From Rhizodiscina lignyota (Eukaryota): a stretch of 64,000 bases of DNA. The notes under the pieces were generated by a model. The model was not told where the DNA came from, searched no databases, and was given only the letters and a program-made list of their open reading frames with translations. A program made the position numbers and the translations under genes. This document shows positions 12,274-25,758 of the stretch, one piece after another (position 1 is the stretch's first letter; each line of letters begins with the position of its first letter). The stretch is from the NCBI GenBank assembly GCA_010015805.1, contig ML978122.1, positions 124,001 through 188,000 of the forward strand, given 5' to 3'.

Positions 12274-15200
12274 ATTTGACTGCTCTTCTCCAGCTAGGAG
12301 CATGCTTCGCAATCTCCCTGGTCATTCTGAAACCTGCCCAAATACTAAGCGATTGACGAGTACTGAATGTCGCGGATGATTTCGCCATGTCCGGACTCAT
12401 TGGAAGAGGCAAGTCTGCAAGAAATGGATGAATGAATCAATCTTGCTTGCTACCTTGAGCCTCATGATACATCGGTCCCGAAAATAAACTCCCCTATACC
12501 GCGGCAACCTGGTATGTGGAACTACGAAACAATGCCCTCCACGCTTACGAGTGCTCTGTTTGGGTTGCGCACAATACCGGTTTCGTATGACGATCGATCA
12601 TCTTGTTAATATCGAGCAGACTGAAACTGACGATCAGCATCCCTCAAACCTGTGGCGGACAAAGATGGTTTCTAAGGAGCGTCTCGTGCTGATGCAGACA
12701 TGGGTAAAACCTTGATGCACATCATACATGCACGTGAGAGGATAGAGTCGCAGACAGGTGCAGGTATTGTCACTGGTCAGGCATCAATAGATTCGCGACG
12801 TCGTGGATAGACGAAAAGATCTTCGGCGTCGAAGGGCGGCAGAAGATGCTTTTTCAGTATCGATGCCCAAGGGCCGGAAATATGGTCGCGAAGGTGGAAG
12901 AGACGGCAGAGAAGGTGTTCGGGCCGCAGTCCCGTCTCTTTCCCATCTTCACATATCAATCATCGTGATCTCCATTTAGGCAATTGAAGGGAGTCACAAA
13001 CGCGCATCACAAAGAAGAGCGGTAAAAGACGAACTTCAGAACTATCGGAAAACCCGGATGCCACGTTTTCTCCATCTGCTTAGTGATTCCCAGCCTCATC
13101 ATAATGCAAATGATCACCAAAGGCAGAGTCATGTACCTGCATGCCTCCCGGACATGACGAACTGCAAAGGGGAAAGGGCCTCGCCCAAAGCCACCAGCCG
13201 CCCCAGACCCATAGAAAGTAAGGGTCCACAAGAGGCTCAAAAACGTGGCTTGCGACACTAATGGCACGGGAATTATTTTGGAAAATCCAATTTTTTTTCC
13301 TTGCTCGTGCGGTGGATATTTAGCCATTTAGCGAGATGAAGTAATCGAGGCGCACGCCCTGAAGCGGATGCGCGATTCAATGCGAGAAAAGGAGGAGATG
13401 AGGAAATTCATTTCGCGACAGGAGAAATAGATTGCCATGCCATGGGTCGGGCTGAATTTCGCAGAGCCAGCTGTCTTCTTCCAGTTCTAGACTCGCAAGT
13501 CTATTTTCGGACATTCGAAGACATTCCAATGTCTTTTTGGGGCTTCGACGTCAATTTCGGACGAGTGAGGGTGAGAGGCTGCTGTGCGCTCACGATTTTG
13601 TGCCCCTGTCGATCCGAGCAGGCGGTTCTGTGTGGCCTTCCGTAAGGACGGATGACTTGCAGCAAGCGTCCACAGCGTCGGGACGTGAAACACCCTCCAG
13701 CAAACACACCCTCTCCGCGACGGAGCGCAAACGTCATGAAACCGGCCGAGAGGAACAATCTCGATGATTCATGGAGAAGGGCTAGGAGAATTTGTGAGGC
13801 GGGCTCGCTTTCGCAAGCTGATACTCACTCCACCAAAGCGCCCGAGGCACCGCGAGAGGCTCTCCTGCGTTGGGCGAAACGCTGGTGGGGAGCGATTGGC
13901 CAAGGATGTTGGCACATTGGAGGTGGTTTCAAAGGCGATTAAGGTTCATCCTTAGAGGCGACGCGTTAGAGCTGATGAGCGATTTGCCTCCCCCTGATCG
14001 TCCAGCTTTTTTTCGGTGCCGCGTGCTGCTGGGTTCCGCATTTTCCGTCGTCAGCCCCGCCAGTTGCGGGAGCTAGTCAGCCTAGAAGAATGGTGGAAAG
14101 ATTAAAGCGCTCCTTTTCTGGCGGCGATTGCTTGCGCTCGGTGATCTGCGCATCCTGAAGGATGATGGCTTGGTGGTCGCACAGCAGTTCGTAGCGGAGA
14201 ATTGCAATCGGCGAAGAGATTGCGCAGGTGAGGTGGGCGGCGTGCAAGTGTGCGACCGGTGAGACATATTGATTGTGCGATGCAGTGCGACAAAGGAGGC
14301 CGGCCAAGGTGCAACCTGTCATAAGTGTCAAATGCCACGTGGGATCGACCGTCCTAGGCGTTCTTTGACGGCGCGAGCCAGGTTCTGCCAACCGCAATGC
14401 TCTACGGGCGGCCGTGGCGCTAAGGATCAATAAGTATCGATAGACTCGACGCTTGTCACAATTCGTACCGCGCCTGAGAGAGTATTGATAGGATTTACCG
14501 CCGGCTACACGAAACCGTTCGATGTGCCCATGCTCGGCGGGTTTTGACGACGCTCAGTCACACCAAGATCATGTACCATGCGCTTACTCCGGACACTGAC
14601 GTCTGTTTTCGAGTGCGGTGAAGCGCAAGATGACGAGGCTCCACGATCGCAAATGCTCCGTCATCACCACAGCAGGAGACTTCTTCGTTCTTGGTGTTTC
14701 ACGAGGTAGATCCAAAAATAAGCCCACTCCATCTGACAGCGATGATTTGACAGGACGTCGGGGGTTAAGCATAAACACGGTACGTACCCACTGCCGTGGA
14801 GGTAGGTAAGTTTAGATGTCGATTACGAGGGCGGCCTATTTGAGAAAAGCTGCTCCGGTGCGCAGCTCGCTTTCGTCGACGGCGAGAGGGGAGCACACGA
14901 AAACAGGCGGTGGTATTGATGGGCCATGCGGGTCAGCAAGCGTTCTTGGACGTCTCTTGCAGGGAATGGCACGAGCACTTGGTGTAGGCCATTCCGAAAG
15001 CACCGAACAGCCAGCCTATCATGGCGGCGGACTCGCCCTGAGCGATTTGTTTGTTCGTCACGCCGGCCGAGGAGGTCCGCTGCAAAGATGGGAAGTTTGC
15101 TTGCTCGTCGTCGCTTGCTTCTACCTTCCAGATGTGCGCGCCGGGCGTCGTCTCAGCTGGCAAAGATTTTCGAGTGCGGCGGCGCCGGACGCAGCGATGG

Positions 15201-15973
15201 CTTCACGGCAGCCACGGCGGATGGAAAGCAGCGTAGAAGGGCGGTAGAACAAACTGGCCAAAAACTGCCGCATCGAGACTGGAGTGGCACCCACACCATC
15301 TTGCATGGCGGGCCTGCTGCTCGGCATGCGCGCTGCCCCTGGTTCCTGGGATGCTGGACATTCGCACTTGCGCCTCGTGATCAGACGCCGCGCTGGATGA
15401 TTCGCGCGCCAGCACGCACGCCTTCGCAGGGAGGCAGGCAGGAGGGCAGCAGGCCATGTCTCGGCGGAGCGTGCTGCTTCAAGACATGCGGCAACGAGGA
15501 AAGGTTGGAGCCCTCATTACGGGAAGCGCGGAGTGTATGTGGTCGGGAGATGATTAATGCTCGGGGCAGCGGTCGTCATGGCCATCGCAATACGCTGGAG
15601 GCAGGACGAGTCGCTTGCGGCACTGATCACCTGCCATGATGCCCATCCGAAGCCTGAAACTCGCAGGCAGGCCGGAGTGGTGCACCGTCACTGGCCCTTT
15701 CCGACCGCGTCAGGGGGCGCAGGCTGGCAGGCAGGCAGGCACTGGCAGGCAGAAAGGAGCGACCATCAGCCCTGCACACCCCTGCGCGCCAGGAGAACCA
15801 CGCTGCCGGGAGCTGCTCGATGTGTGTGCACACCGCCTGCGAGCGATCTGGCAGCAGCAGCATTTCGCTACGCTGGAAAAGCGGACCACGGATTAACGAC
15901 TATTACACCATCCTCACGCGATTCAGGGATGCGCCGGATGACTGTAACAGCTCCTTAAGTCCCCATCGCCGCT

Positions 15974-15982
15974 GTATATATA
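15974..15982 (+). promoter_or_regulatory. Putative TATA box upstream of the micropeptide ORF
   Basis: GTATATATA, followed by a C/A-rich leader, ~215 nt before ATG 16197. Confidence 0.5.
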
Positions 15983-16144
15983 CTGCCTTCCCCACCGCGT
16001 CCGCCTCGAGCTGCTTCCATCATCGCACGAAAGCCGTAGCACGCTCTGCTTGACGCCAAAGTCCACTCGACTTGCACCGTACATCATCTTTAATCCTCTC
16101 ACACACAGACACTCTTCGGCCAACCTCTCGCCACCCATCCCGAG

Positions 16145-16186
16145 CACCACCTCGTCAACACCACCTCGTCAACACCACCTCGTCAC
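16145..16186 (+). repeat. 3 x 14-bp tandem repeat in the putative 5' leader
   Basis: CACCACCTCGTCAA x2 + CACCACCTCGTCAC. Confidence 0.9.
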
Positions 16187-16196
16187 AGCCAGCACA

Positions 16197-16280
16197 ATGC
16201 CTTCCGTCGCAACATACCAGATTCCCCCATGCCCGGGCCCGCCACCGCAGCGCCCTCTTCCTCCAATCCCATCCAAATGA
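16197..16280 (+). CDS. 27-aa proline-rich micropeptide MPSVATYQIPPCPGPPPQRPLPPIPSK (SH3-ligand-like)
   Basis: Strong fungal start context CACAATGC, upstream TATA, and an RPLPPIP class I SH3-binding motif. Confidence 0.6.
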   Translation: MPSVATYQIPPCPGPPPQRPLPPIPSK

Positions 16281-19200
16281 GCAGCATCAATTGATCTGCT
16301 CCTGGATGCTGCGCGCATCTAACATCGAACCCCGAGTCGGGCCGATTGAATATCTTCAACCTCCAGTCGGTCCTTCTCTATCCAAGGGAAAATGCATTCT
16401 CATTAGGCATGCCACTGGAACCCATCGTTTGCATCGTCCACGGCACTCTTACGATTCGGAAGCTCGCTGTCCACCTGTTCATCATCACCGTCTCGCTTAA
16501 CGGCCTGCGAGTAATGGACAGTGATCCTCCTGCACCTCCTCGACGCGAGGCTCGTCTCTCCTGCACATCATAGCCGATCCTAGACGCAACTTACCGCTCT
16601 GCACCTCCACTGGCCGGTGGTGCCAAGCGTCGAACTCTACCCCAGGTTTCAACCTCCGCGACAAATACGCACCTAATCCCTCTTCGTGCATGCATACGGA
16701 ACGCCTCGGGCGTCGCCAACACGAACTCGAATTCGAACTCAACCTCGACTCTCTCGCTGCATCGGCCGACGGGGCGTAACTGAAGCCTAAGCGACATGAC
16801 CATTCCTCATCCGTATTCCGCTGGCCGGGGTCTTTGATTTCAGTCTACCATTGCATTCTCACACCGAGAGTATCACTCTTGTAATACGACTTGCAGCACT
16901 TGGCTGCCTATGTATTAGTATTGCATCAACGGCGGCGTTAACTCAATTTGGGATTTGACTAGATGGGGGCCGGCGAGCACCGTCATTCATGTCTTGGGGT
17001 TTAATGAATGAATGATGAGGAAGGGAGAACGTGGAGACGAGGCTTGCGAGCCTTGACTCGATAGTAATTGAGATACCTTACGATTGCATCGTACCCGCCT
17101 GTACCAATAGCACTGTTACCTTTCATCCTGCCAACCACTGTCTCAACATGCTGCATACCGTAGCAGTTCATTTCTCAATGCATCCATGTCCGGTGTGTCC
17201 CTTTATCTGCTCACATTATTCATGAGCATGTCTCCAGCCCCAACAATCGTCTCGTTTATGTGCTGCGGGTGTTTTCGTATCGTCTTCGATCGTGTCACAT
17301 TCCATGTAGCATGTATCTCACGCCTCGCTCTATCAAAGTCTTATCGCACGATTGCTTGCAGAAGTCACGACATCACCAACTGGTCCATTTGCCAGCCACG
17401 GATAAATTCGCGCACCCTTGATCAGGCCCGCTTGCAGCCTATCGATCTACCTATCAACCTTTCTCCAGCACATCCAGCCTTAAGAGTTGATCATCAGCAA
17501 GCATAACTGTGGCATGCGAAGCCCTTCTGCGCCTTCAGTCCTTGACGCTTTCTCGTGATCACGCACCACCGTTGCACATGCGCCAGCGACACACATGATG
17601 ACGTGCAGCAGAATGGTAGTACGGCGCTCCGCTCGATGCGCGTATTCGTCTGGCCCTGCAGCAATGCCACTTCTCGCCGCCTCGCTTCTGAGCATGTATA
17701 TTGAACGCATTGATCGCAGAGCAGGCGCCATTCCCCAATATATCTACTCTCCGCCCGTCCGCTTCTCCACACTCCCCCTTGTGGCAAGGCGTGAGAGGGG
17801 GCTGATGTTGGCAGCTTGCCCAGCCTGTCCATCCCGACTACTTCGAGCGGAAGCGGCACGGGCCTCCTGCCGCATTTAGAGCATCGCATGGGGTCGAGAA
17901 GAATTCGAGATCAAGATTGTGGATGCGACGCGGCCTTGGGCGATGGCTTGAACCCTTCGTATTTGCGCGCTCTTGCCCTTGTCGCGCATCTCCTCTGCCC
18001 ATCCGCAACTCGTACCTTGGCTTCAGTCAAGCCAGCAAGCGCACGCCCGGGGTTGCCATCCTGCGCCCACACATGTTACGCTTCCAAAAGCGGCCGGTTG
18101 ATTGGATCCGCGAGACGAAGCGAGAGGTCATGTGGATGGGCGCCAACAGAGAATTTGAGTATTTCACATTCATTGCCTCGAGCCGCCAGAGAAATGCTTT
18201 GTAAAATGGCCTCGACGGCCGGCTCGGCACAGCTGCGTGCACCCCCACGCTCTCCTCTCCCTCGACCACACTCGCATGTCCAGACACACCCATGCCGTCC
18301 CCACACCTTTGCAACTGAGGCAAGTTTGAACTCCGGAAACACTTCTCTCTCTCTGGGCATCGCGGGCGTACCCGTCCTTACCCGCAACGTTATCAAGGTA
18401 AACTGACTCATTCTCACCGTGGAGAATGTCTTGATACCGCCATTGCCGACGCATTATCCACTCTTCGTCATTGCTCGTCATTCCAGTGCTAAGTGATCCT
18501 TCCGGGTATCTCGCCATGTGCACGTTTCGTGTCTCCATCGGATAAGGATGACTTAGCCTTGGAGTCGCGACCAAATCCTAGCCGCTCGCCCACATGACCT
18601 CGTCGAGCTGTATCGACTTGGTTGTAAGCGCCGACCAAATCGACGTAAACCGGAATCGACACCGCGCTAAGGCTGCCCATATCCAACGCATTCGAGCTCA
18701 CTCCTCACCGCCGGCAATTACTTACCGGCGTGGTTCATCGCGAACGTCGCCAGCACACCAAGGCTCGCCCAGCGCGGCAGCGCGCAATCCTGCCAGACAT
18801 CACGGCATTTCGGCCCTTCATTACGCGGGCAGACCCAGCGCCATGGACGATGGGAGCAGTGCCCTTGGACACATACCTGGCTACAAATCCGGCTTGAGGC
18901 CATGTCCAACCGGGGAGTTTGCGTGCTCCCACAGCCGACGAACCACGTTTGTGCGGGTCGGTCCGCTGTAGGTACGCATCCAGGTGATGATGCACGTCAA
19001 ACGTGAATCTGGCATTGAACCTCTGCGCTGGAATTGCGCATGCTTGGCTGGAGCGGCTTAAATCTGAGGAGGATTGAAGTACACTGATCTTCGCGCAACA
19101 CACTCCCTCAGACACCTGCTGTTTCTCTTCTTTGACGTGCAAGCGAGATGGGATGTAGTTTCCCGAGCTCCTCCGGCAGAATTCGCGATGGCACCCGAAT

Positions 19201-19884
19201 GACAACCAGAGCTTCCGGGAATACCGGGAATACACCTGAAAGAGATGGTATCTCTGAGAGTACTACTGCCACTTCACTATGGTGTTGTCTCCTTGCAGTT
19301 GCTGCGTGTATGGCGACTTCCAGCTCTTTGAGTGGAATCAGACGGCCCGAAGAGCTCCTGCTTTGATTGGCGGAGATGAGTGTGCAGCTGCTTGAAGAAG
19401 GGCCGAATTGGACGCACTTGCTCTTTACCAACTTCATCCACTTTGATGCCGAACTCAAGAGAAGTCATGAGCTCTGAGAAGAGACGTTCTGCAGTGACTA
19501 CCCTATGCTGGGGACGTGGAGTGTTATGCTCCATTCACAATATCTCTGGCCCTCTGGGAGGCACTTGTGAGTCTCTCAGAGTGACATTATGATCTCAGGT
19601 TGTAGCTTCTCGTTTCCTCTTCAATGCTCATACCTTCCTCAAGTAGGACTCTAGAAGCGACTTCCCTTTGCCTTATCTTGTATTCTGCATTCAATGTTGA
19701 CAATCTCATCTTGCGGCTTCCTCAACTTCCACTATGGCAGCACGTCCATCAAAACATTCTGCCACCTCTCTCTCCTCTCTCCTTTCCTTCGTCTCACACA
19801 ACAGTCTACCTCCGAACATCCCCACTGCTAAGCAGACCCTCTCGTTTCGAAAGCCAGCATCTTATCCCATCACATTCTTTCAAA

Positions 19885-22609
19885 ATGCCTACCACACATT
19901 GTTCAAAGTGCGGCAACATCTACGGCCCTCATGATCCGTTGGTCCCTTGTGAGGAAGCGCTGGGTGGATATCCCAAATCTATCAACACGGCTTTCAACCA
20001 AGCAGGCTGGAATCAATTTAATGGGGGCACCGCCCAACAATTGGCGACCGCTGCGGGCCATCATCCGGCACCACTGGGGACTTTTCTGGCACATCGACCA
20101 CCACCTCCCATACCAACACAAGCTCAAACCCCAAACCAATTGAATGGCAACACCTCTCAGCTACTAAGTCACGCTGCAGGTGGCCAAGGACATGCTCGGG
20201 GCGCTTCTGATACACCTCAGCCAGTAACAACGCCTTCGACTTCTCAAGCCCAACCATCAGATCAATCGTCACAGAAGTTGAAGGGCAATGGCAGGAGAAA
20301 GGAGAGAAGTCTGTCAGCACCAGCAGCAATTTCTGTCGAAATTCGACGCTCCGCTCCAACACGATTGCCGCTTCGGCAGAGGGATAATAATGGTAACGGG
20401 AATGCTCATGCGCAAAACCCGTCAACGCCCTCAACTGGAACTCCCTCCCAACAGCAATCGTCAAAGCAATCAAATGCCGAAGACAAGGAGAATCAGAAAC
20501 CCCCCTCGAATAGCGGCAACCAGCGCGAGCATAATGAGGCGGACCGTTCCCAGCGGGGACCTGCTCCGCGAAAGAAACCCAGCGGAATCTTGAAGAAAAC
20601 GTCCCAGTTTGACAAGATCCCAAAGGAGCAGGCCTCAGAAGCCAATCAAAGCCAGAACAATCCTACAGCAGAAACGTCGCAGGAGGTTCCGGACGAGGCC
20701 TCCCAGCCTGAGCTAAATCATGAGCAGCCTTCGAACAATGCTCCGCAGCCTGAACAAAATGAGGAAGAAGCTCCAAGGGAAGGACTACCGGAGCGCTCAC
20801 ATCTTTCTGCAATGAGGTATGTTAATATAATTTCCATCGTCCCCAAAGACTTACCTGCGTAGATGGGAGATGAACAACATGCTCCGTTTCTCTCGGACGC
20901 GCGGTGCTCAGCACGCCGGCAAGAACTTCCCATCTCGCCTCTTAAAGAAACAGAAGCCTAGCAAGAAGCACACCGGTATCTTCGAGCCGGGTGAAACTGG
21001 AATCGGCCATGCGATTCTTGGCGCAACTAACATCGTGCATTCGACATCATGGCCATCTGCGAATCCTCTCCTCTCCCCTCGCTATCGCTCACCCAGAGAA
21101 GGCTCGGCTATCACGGCCTCGGCAAGCCAGCCAATTCTCAGCACAACTCTTAAAAGCGAGATTCAGTCGATTGGAACGAGTGTGGGAAGTGCGGATGTGA
21201 TCGAGGGAGTAGATCCGACTCTGCTAGGCGCGCCTGCGACGACAGCGTCGCAACAGGTTTCTGAGGCTATCACAGGAATAGTACGGCATACGCACATCAA
21301 CATCACAGAATCGCAAGCTCCCGACTGCACAGTGACCGGTGACGGTGAAAGTGCGAGGGACGAATCTACTGAGGATCCCAATGCATTTACTCGTGAATGT
21401 GCGAGACAGAGAAGCCATGGGCCGTCTCTTCTGGCAGGGTTCGGGGCGCACCTTGGGAGAACACATGTATGGCCACATGGATTTCCCATCAGGGCCTCGC
21501 TCAAGGCGTGGGCGAGACGCAGTCTCAAGAAGAATAAACAAAAGTGTCCCACATGGCCTGCCCCTGCAAGGAGTCAGTTCGAGACAACACGAGCAGCCCA
21601 TGATTGTCGACCAGCGAGTGCACCTCCTACGTTAACGGTAATTCAAGCAGTAGAATCAACGCCACAGGACTCGTCCGTTAGACCACCATCACAGCAAGCT
21701 CCAACAAACGCCTCGAACCCAAGCATCGTCGTGACAGAACATCCCAATCCCGGATCTTCGAATGATGGCCCCGCAACAGAGAGGCCACAAGCCTATCCGC
21801 AACTGCATGGCCCTCGCCACCTGTTTGTTCCTAGGTTGAGAAAGATTGCGAACATGAGGAGAGCAAACAGACGCGCTGGTACTTATACTTGTGTGTGTGG
21901 CGCTCGAGTTGATCATGCGAATGAGCCGCACCAATCTTGTCCTGCGGCACAAGGTGGTAATAATACCGGCGAACAGTCAACTGAACAGACAGTCCAAGTC
22001 ACGGAACAGGCAGTCGAGATCACAGAGCAGCCAGCCCAAACCGCAGAACAGTCTCACGAAGGCACCGCTCCTGCGACACCACTGTCCAATAGACCGTCTT
22101 CGAAGTCTGACAACTCGAGCCCTCCTCCTGCATCAGGCGTCATCTCGCCGTTCGACCACATCATGGAGGCGCGAGAGCAGACGCCGCACCCACATCAACG
22201 CCGCTGCTGCATCGGACGCCTTCTTGCAAAGCTGAATCGCAAGTTCAGGAGGATGAAGCCTACTGACGGCGACTGCACGGGTAAGCAAGAACTTCTGAGC
22301 GATCAGAGCTCGAGAAACCACCATGAGCTGACGAGGGGAATAGGCTGGTGCCTGCATGGTGTGGTGCTATGTTCCGAGCCACCCTACAAGCTGATACGCT
22401 TTTTGATTCATGCTGTCAAGTCGATGGTGCGCTGCCTGGTCGATGCAGTCATGGCAGTGGGTTCCTGTGGGATGTATACCTTTGAAGACCTCGAGAGTAG
22501 TGCGCTCGGCGAGATCATTTCATGCTATGGTTGTCTCGAACTCCGAGATGACGACACTCAATCGGATGCTGCGGTGGGGATAGAGATGATCGAGTATGCA
22601 CCTTCATAG
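19885..22609 (+). CDS. Large low-complexity hypothetical protein (~890 aa) with two Cys/His motifs
   Basis: CAAAATG start at 19885. A 46-nt intron at 20817-20862 (GTATGT..TAG) joins ORF 19624-20862 in frame to ORF 20870-22609. Q/P/S/N-rich. Confidence 0.65.
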
Positions 22610-23174
22610 TGCTCGGCGACATTCTTGATTGCGCGTTTGAGTCAGTCGTTTACTTTAGTATTGGAAGCGTAACTTTCGCAGTAATGTGTAATATCGAATT
22701 GAATTAAATTCACTCTCTCGCTGCTTGCTATGCTGCGCTGCGCTGCGATGTGGTATATCCCATTCCGTTGAACAATCCATTGCGCCGTGCCATGCCATGA
22801 TCAAAATACTTTTGTCGATCCATATTTTCAATCCTAACACTCTACGCCATCTTTTCCAACCTAGAAATGCCTGCCGTTTCAATACATTCTATGGTATTGT
22901 ACCGCTGTGCAATCCCGACGTAGGTATCCAATTTCGAGTCACTATCATTACGCAGGTCTTCGTTTGTGCATTACTCGCTTCTCGTCCATCTTCAATACAA
23001 ATACGACCCAAACTCCCGACCAATATCGGAACTCTCGAGATTCAAGGATTCCATGTTAGCCGTTCCGGCATCTGCTGGTTCCTGATCCTTCGAGTGTCAT
23101 CGTGGTCGATTTATTCACAATCGTTCGACCACTGGTAACAGGGCATCCATAACGGAGGCTGGATGGAACTTTGC

Positions 23175-24896
23175 TCAAGGAGGAATACCAAAGATATCCC
23201 TCGCCCGATTCGGCGCCTTCGTCTGCTGGACCTGAATGTTCCCCACATCACACCAATTCTTGATTGGCTGCATCGAATGTTAGCTTTTATTTTAGAAGAA
23301 ATGCAAAGAACTTACCAGACAACTAAGATACTTGCACCACCCGCACTGCGTCCTATTCACATAGAAATTCTTCAACAGAATAATGAACACCACCGTCACG
23401 GCGACCAGCGCGCCGGCACGCACAAGCCACCACACCCACCACAGCGGCTTGCGTCCCTTGAAGAAGCCAAGGGGCTGCCGTGCGAACGATTTAACGTTTG
23501 CAGTAGTGTCGTATTCTTCGCGGTCTGCAGGGTTTGGAACTGCAGAGTACGGAGTATTCGGGTGCTCATCGCGGCTGCTTCGTTCGCGCAGGGATGCTGG
23601 AGAGTGCAGAAGACAGACGCCAAGCGCGAGACCCATGAGGAAGCCGCCGATGTGGGAGAAGTTGTCCAAACCAGGGAGCAGGCCAAGAACAAAGGAGATG
23701 ACGACGTCGGCGAGGATGAAGAGCAGTTCCTTGACCGGGCTTGTCCTCTGCTTCCAGTTGTACAGAAGATCCAAGAGGGTTAAGGCGAGGATGCCAAAGA
23801 GACAGCCTGATGCGCCGGTTGAGGCGATGCCGGGGGCGGCGAAGTTTCCGCCAAATACGAAGCCGAAGATGCCAGAGGAGAAGTACACGAGCATGAAGCG
23901 CAAGCTACCGATCAAGTGCTCCATCTCACGGCCCATGGTAACTTGGAGCAGCATATTAAACCCGATATGAATTAACCCCGCGTGCAGGAACATGGGGACG
24001 ATGAAGCGGAACCACTGGTCGGGCTCGGGCTTGCGGTTGATGTCTGCGTGCGCGGGATCCGGGTTCGGGACGCCGCCGAAGCCGCAGAGGTCGGAGAGGG
24101 TGCAGTCTGAGGCAGTGGACGTAGCGTTGGGGCAGGGGAAGTTCAGAGGCAAGGTGGCGTCCGTGATGTTGTGCGTGTTACGCATGCAGGGCACGTAGCG
24201 AGCACCCATGTTGATGAGGACGTAGGGGGAGGGGCCGATCATGGGGTTGAAGGAGGGATGGATTTCGATAGGGGAGTGGGTTAATATAGCTATGCGATAT
24301 TATTATTTTTCCATAAATGAACATGTCAGATTCGACTTACAATTCTTCACAATCTCGACGATGAAAACAACGACCTGGACAGCTGTGATGAACCACACGA
24401 ACCACGCTATTTTCTGCTTGTACCATGGCCCTGGAGGTTTTCTTCTCGCTTGACCACGGCGTCTTGGATCTGACTCTTGCCTTCTGAACTGATTCTCTGG
24501 ATCAGGCATGCCTTGTGTCGGACTTCCTCCAGAACCATACAGACCAGGTTTTTGTTGTTGCAGCGGAATCGCATTTTTGTCTGTGAACGGGTCGTTGTAT
24601 GGCTTCGGATGCTCGTCTGCAAAAGGGTCTCCTGCATAAGATTGGGGAAGCGATACAGTTGAGCCGTGATACGACGAGTCGACGCCATAAGGTTGGCTCG
24701 GCTTTGGATATGAGGGATAGTTATGTTGATCGTCGAAGGGTGAGGTTATCGGCGAGACTTGCGTGTCTACTGTCGGCTTTGGAGGACGTGGTGAGGTCGG
24801 GACTGGTGGTAGAGGTGCATCTTGGCGGCGAATGGTTCCATCACGGCCAAGCCCGTCGTACGGGTTGTACTGGCCGTAGAATTCGGCAGCGGCCAT
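23175..24896 (-). CDS. Rhomboid-family intramembrane serine protease
   Basis: QWFRFIVPMFLHAGLIHIGFN, catalytic GASG and SHIGG motifs, multiple TM segments. Introns near 24340-24290 and 23314-23268. The last exon ends NRARDIFGIPP*. Confidence 0.93.
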
Positions 24897-25758
24897 GTTG
24901 TGTGTTCGATTCGGATTCAGCTAAACGAGCGTGTCGAATTCGAAGTTAGAGGTGAAACGAAGGTGGTTGAGAGGTTGCGGAGGCAGTAGTCGATGGAGAT
25001 GTTGAAGAAAAGAAGACGGAGAAGTAACGAATGACAAGATTTAGCATCCGGAAGGCTGTAGTTGCTGTGGGGAGGCTGAAGGGAGCGCGTTTCCAAGATT
25101 GTTCCGTTTTCTTCGCCTTGAAGGCTTGGTGTCACGTATGCGGTGCAGATTGGTCGGGGCTGAGCCTGCTACGCGATCCTGGATGTGAGACGCTGACGAC
25201 AACGCCAAGAGCGTAAAGAAGGCCGCGCTGTTCAATGCAGTTCATAAGGGAGTGTGAGAAACGAATGTCTTCCTGCTCGATGATCGCGCCTGGATTGTCC
25301 TTTGTTAAGGAGAAGCCGGCGTGGGAGGTATATCGAAGCGTCTGACGCGCGCCTGGTGGTGATACAAGAATAGCTGCGGTCAGTGGCGGTGCTGCCCCGC
25401 CACCCCAGGCCCAAAGCAGCGACGCGCATGAGCCTCCACCAGCATCACGAGAGCTGCACTCTGCATACACGCTCAAGCCTATCGACTTCGATACTGCACC
25501 GAACGGCACTTGCACTTTGAGAGCGTCACTGACCCGTCTTGCCTCAGTATCCTCGAGCTGGAGAGAAGCCACTGCTTTCGATATACGTCATCTGCCTCTG
25601 CTCCATCAAGCCATCCGAGAGGCAGCAACAATTGGGAACTCCAGGCAGCTACTGGCTTACATTCACTTCAACGAGTCAAATAGCAGACACTTTGGATCTT
25701 TATATCTCACAAGCGGATCTCATCTTCTCTTCTCCCAGCCATCAAGTCAGCTGAAACA

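Noticed and set aside
14816..15958. Long Arg/Gly/Ala-rich ORFs (up to 237 aa)
   Set aside because: Composition is typical of GC-rich non-coding DNA; no domain or splice support.
12274..19600. Telomerase RNA as an explanation for the long gene-poor region
   Set aside because: No TAACCCTAA template found on either strand by eye.
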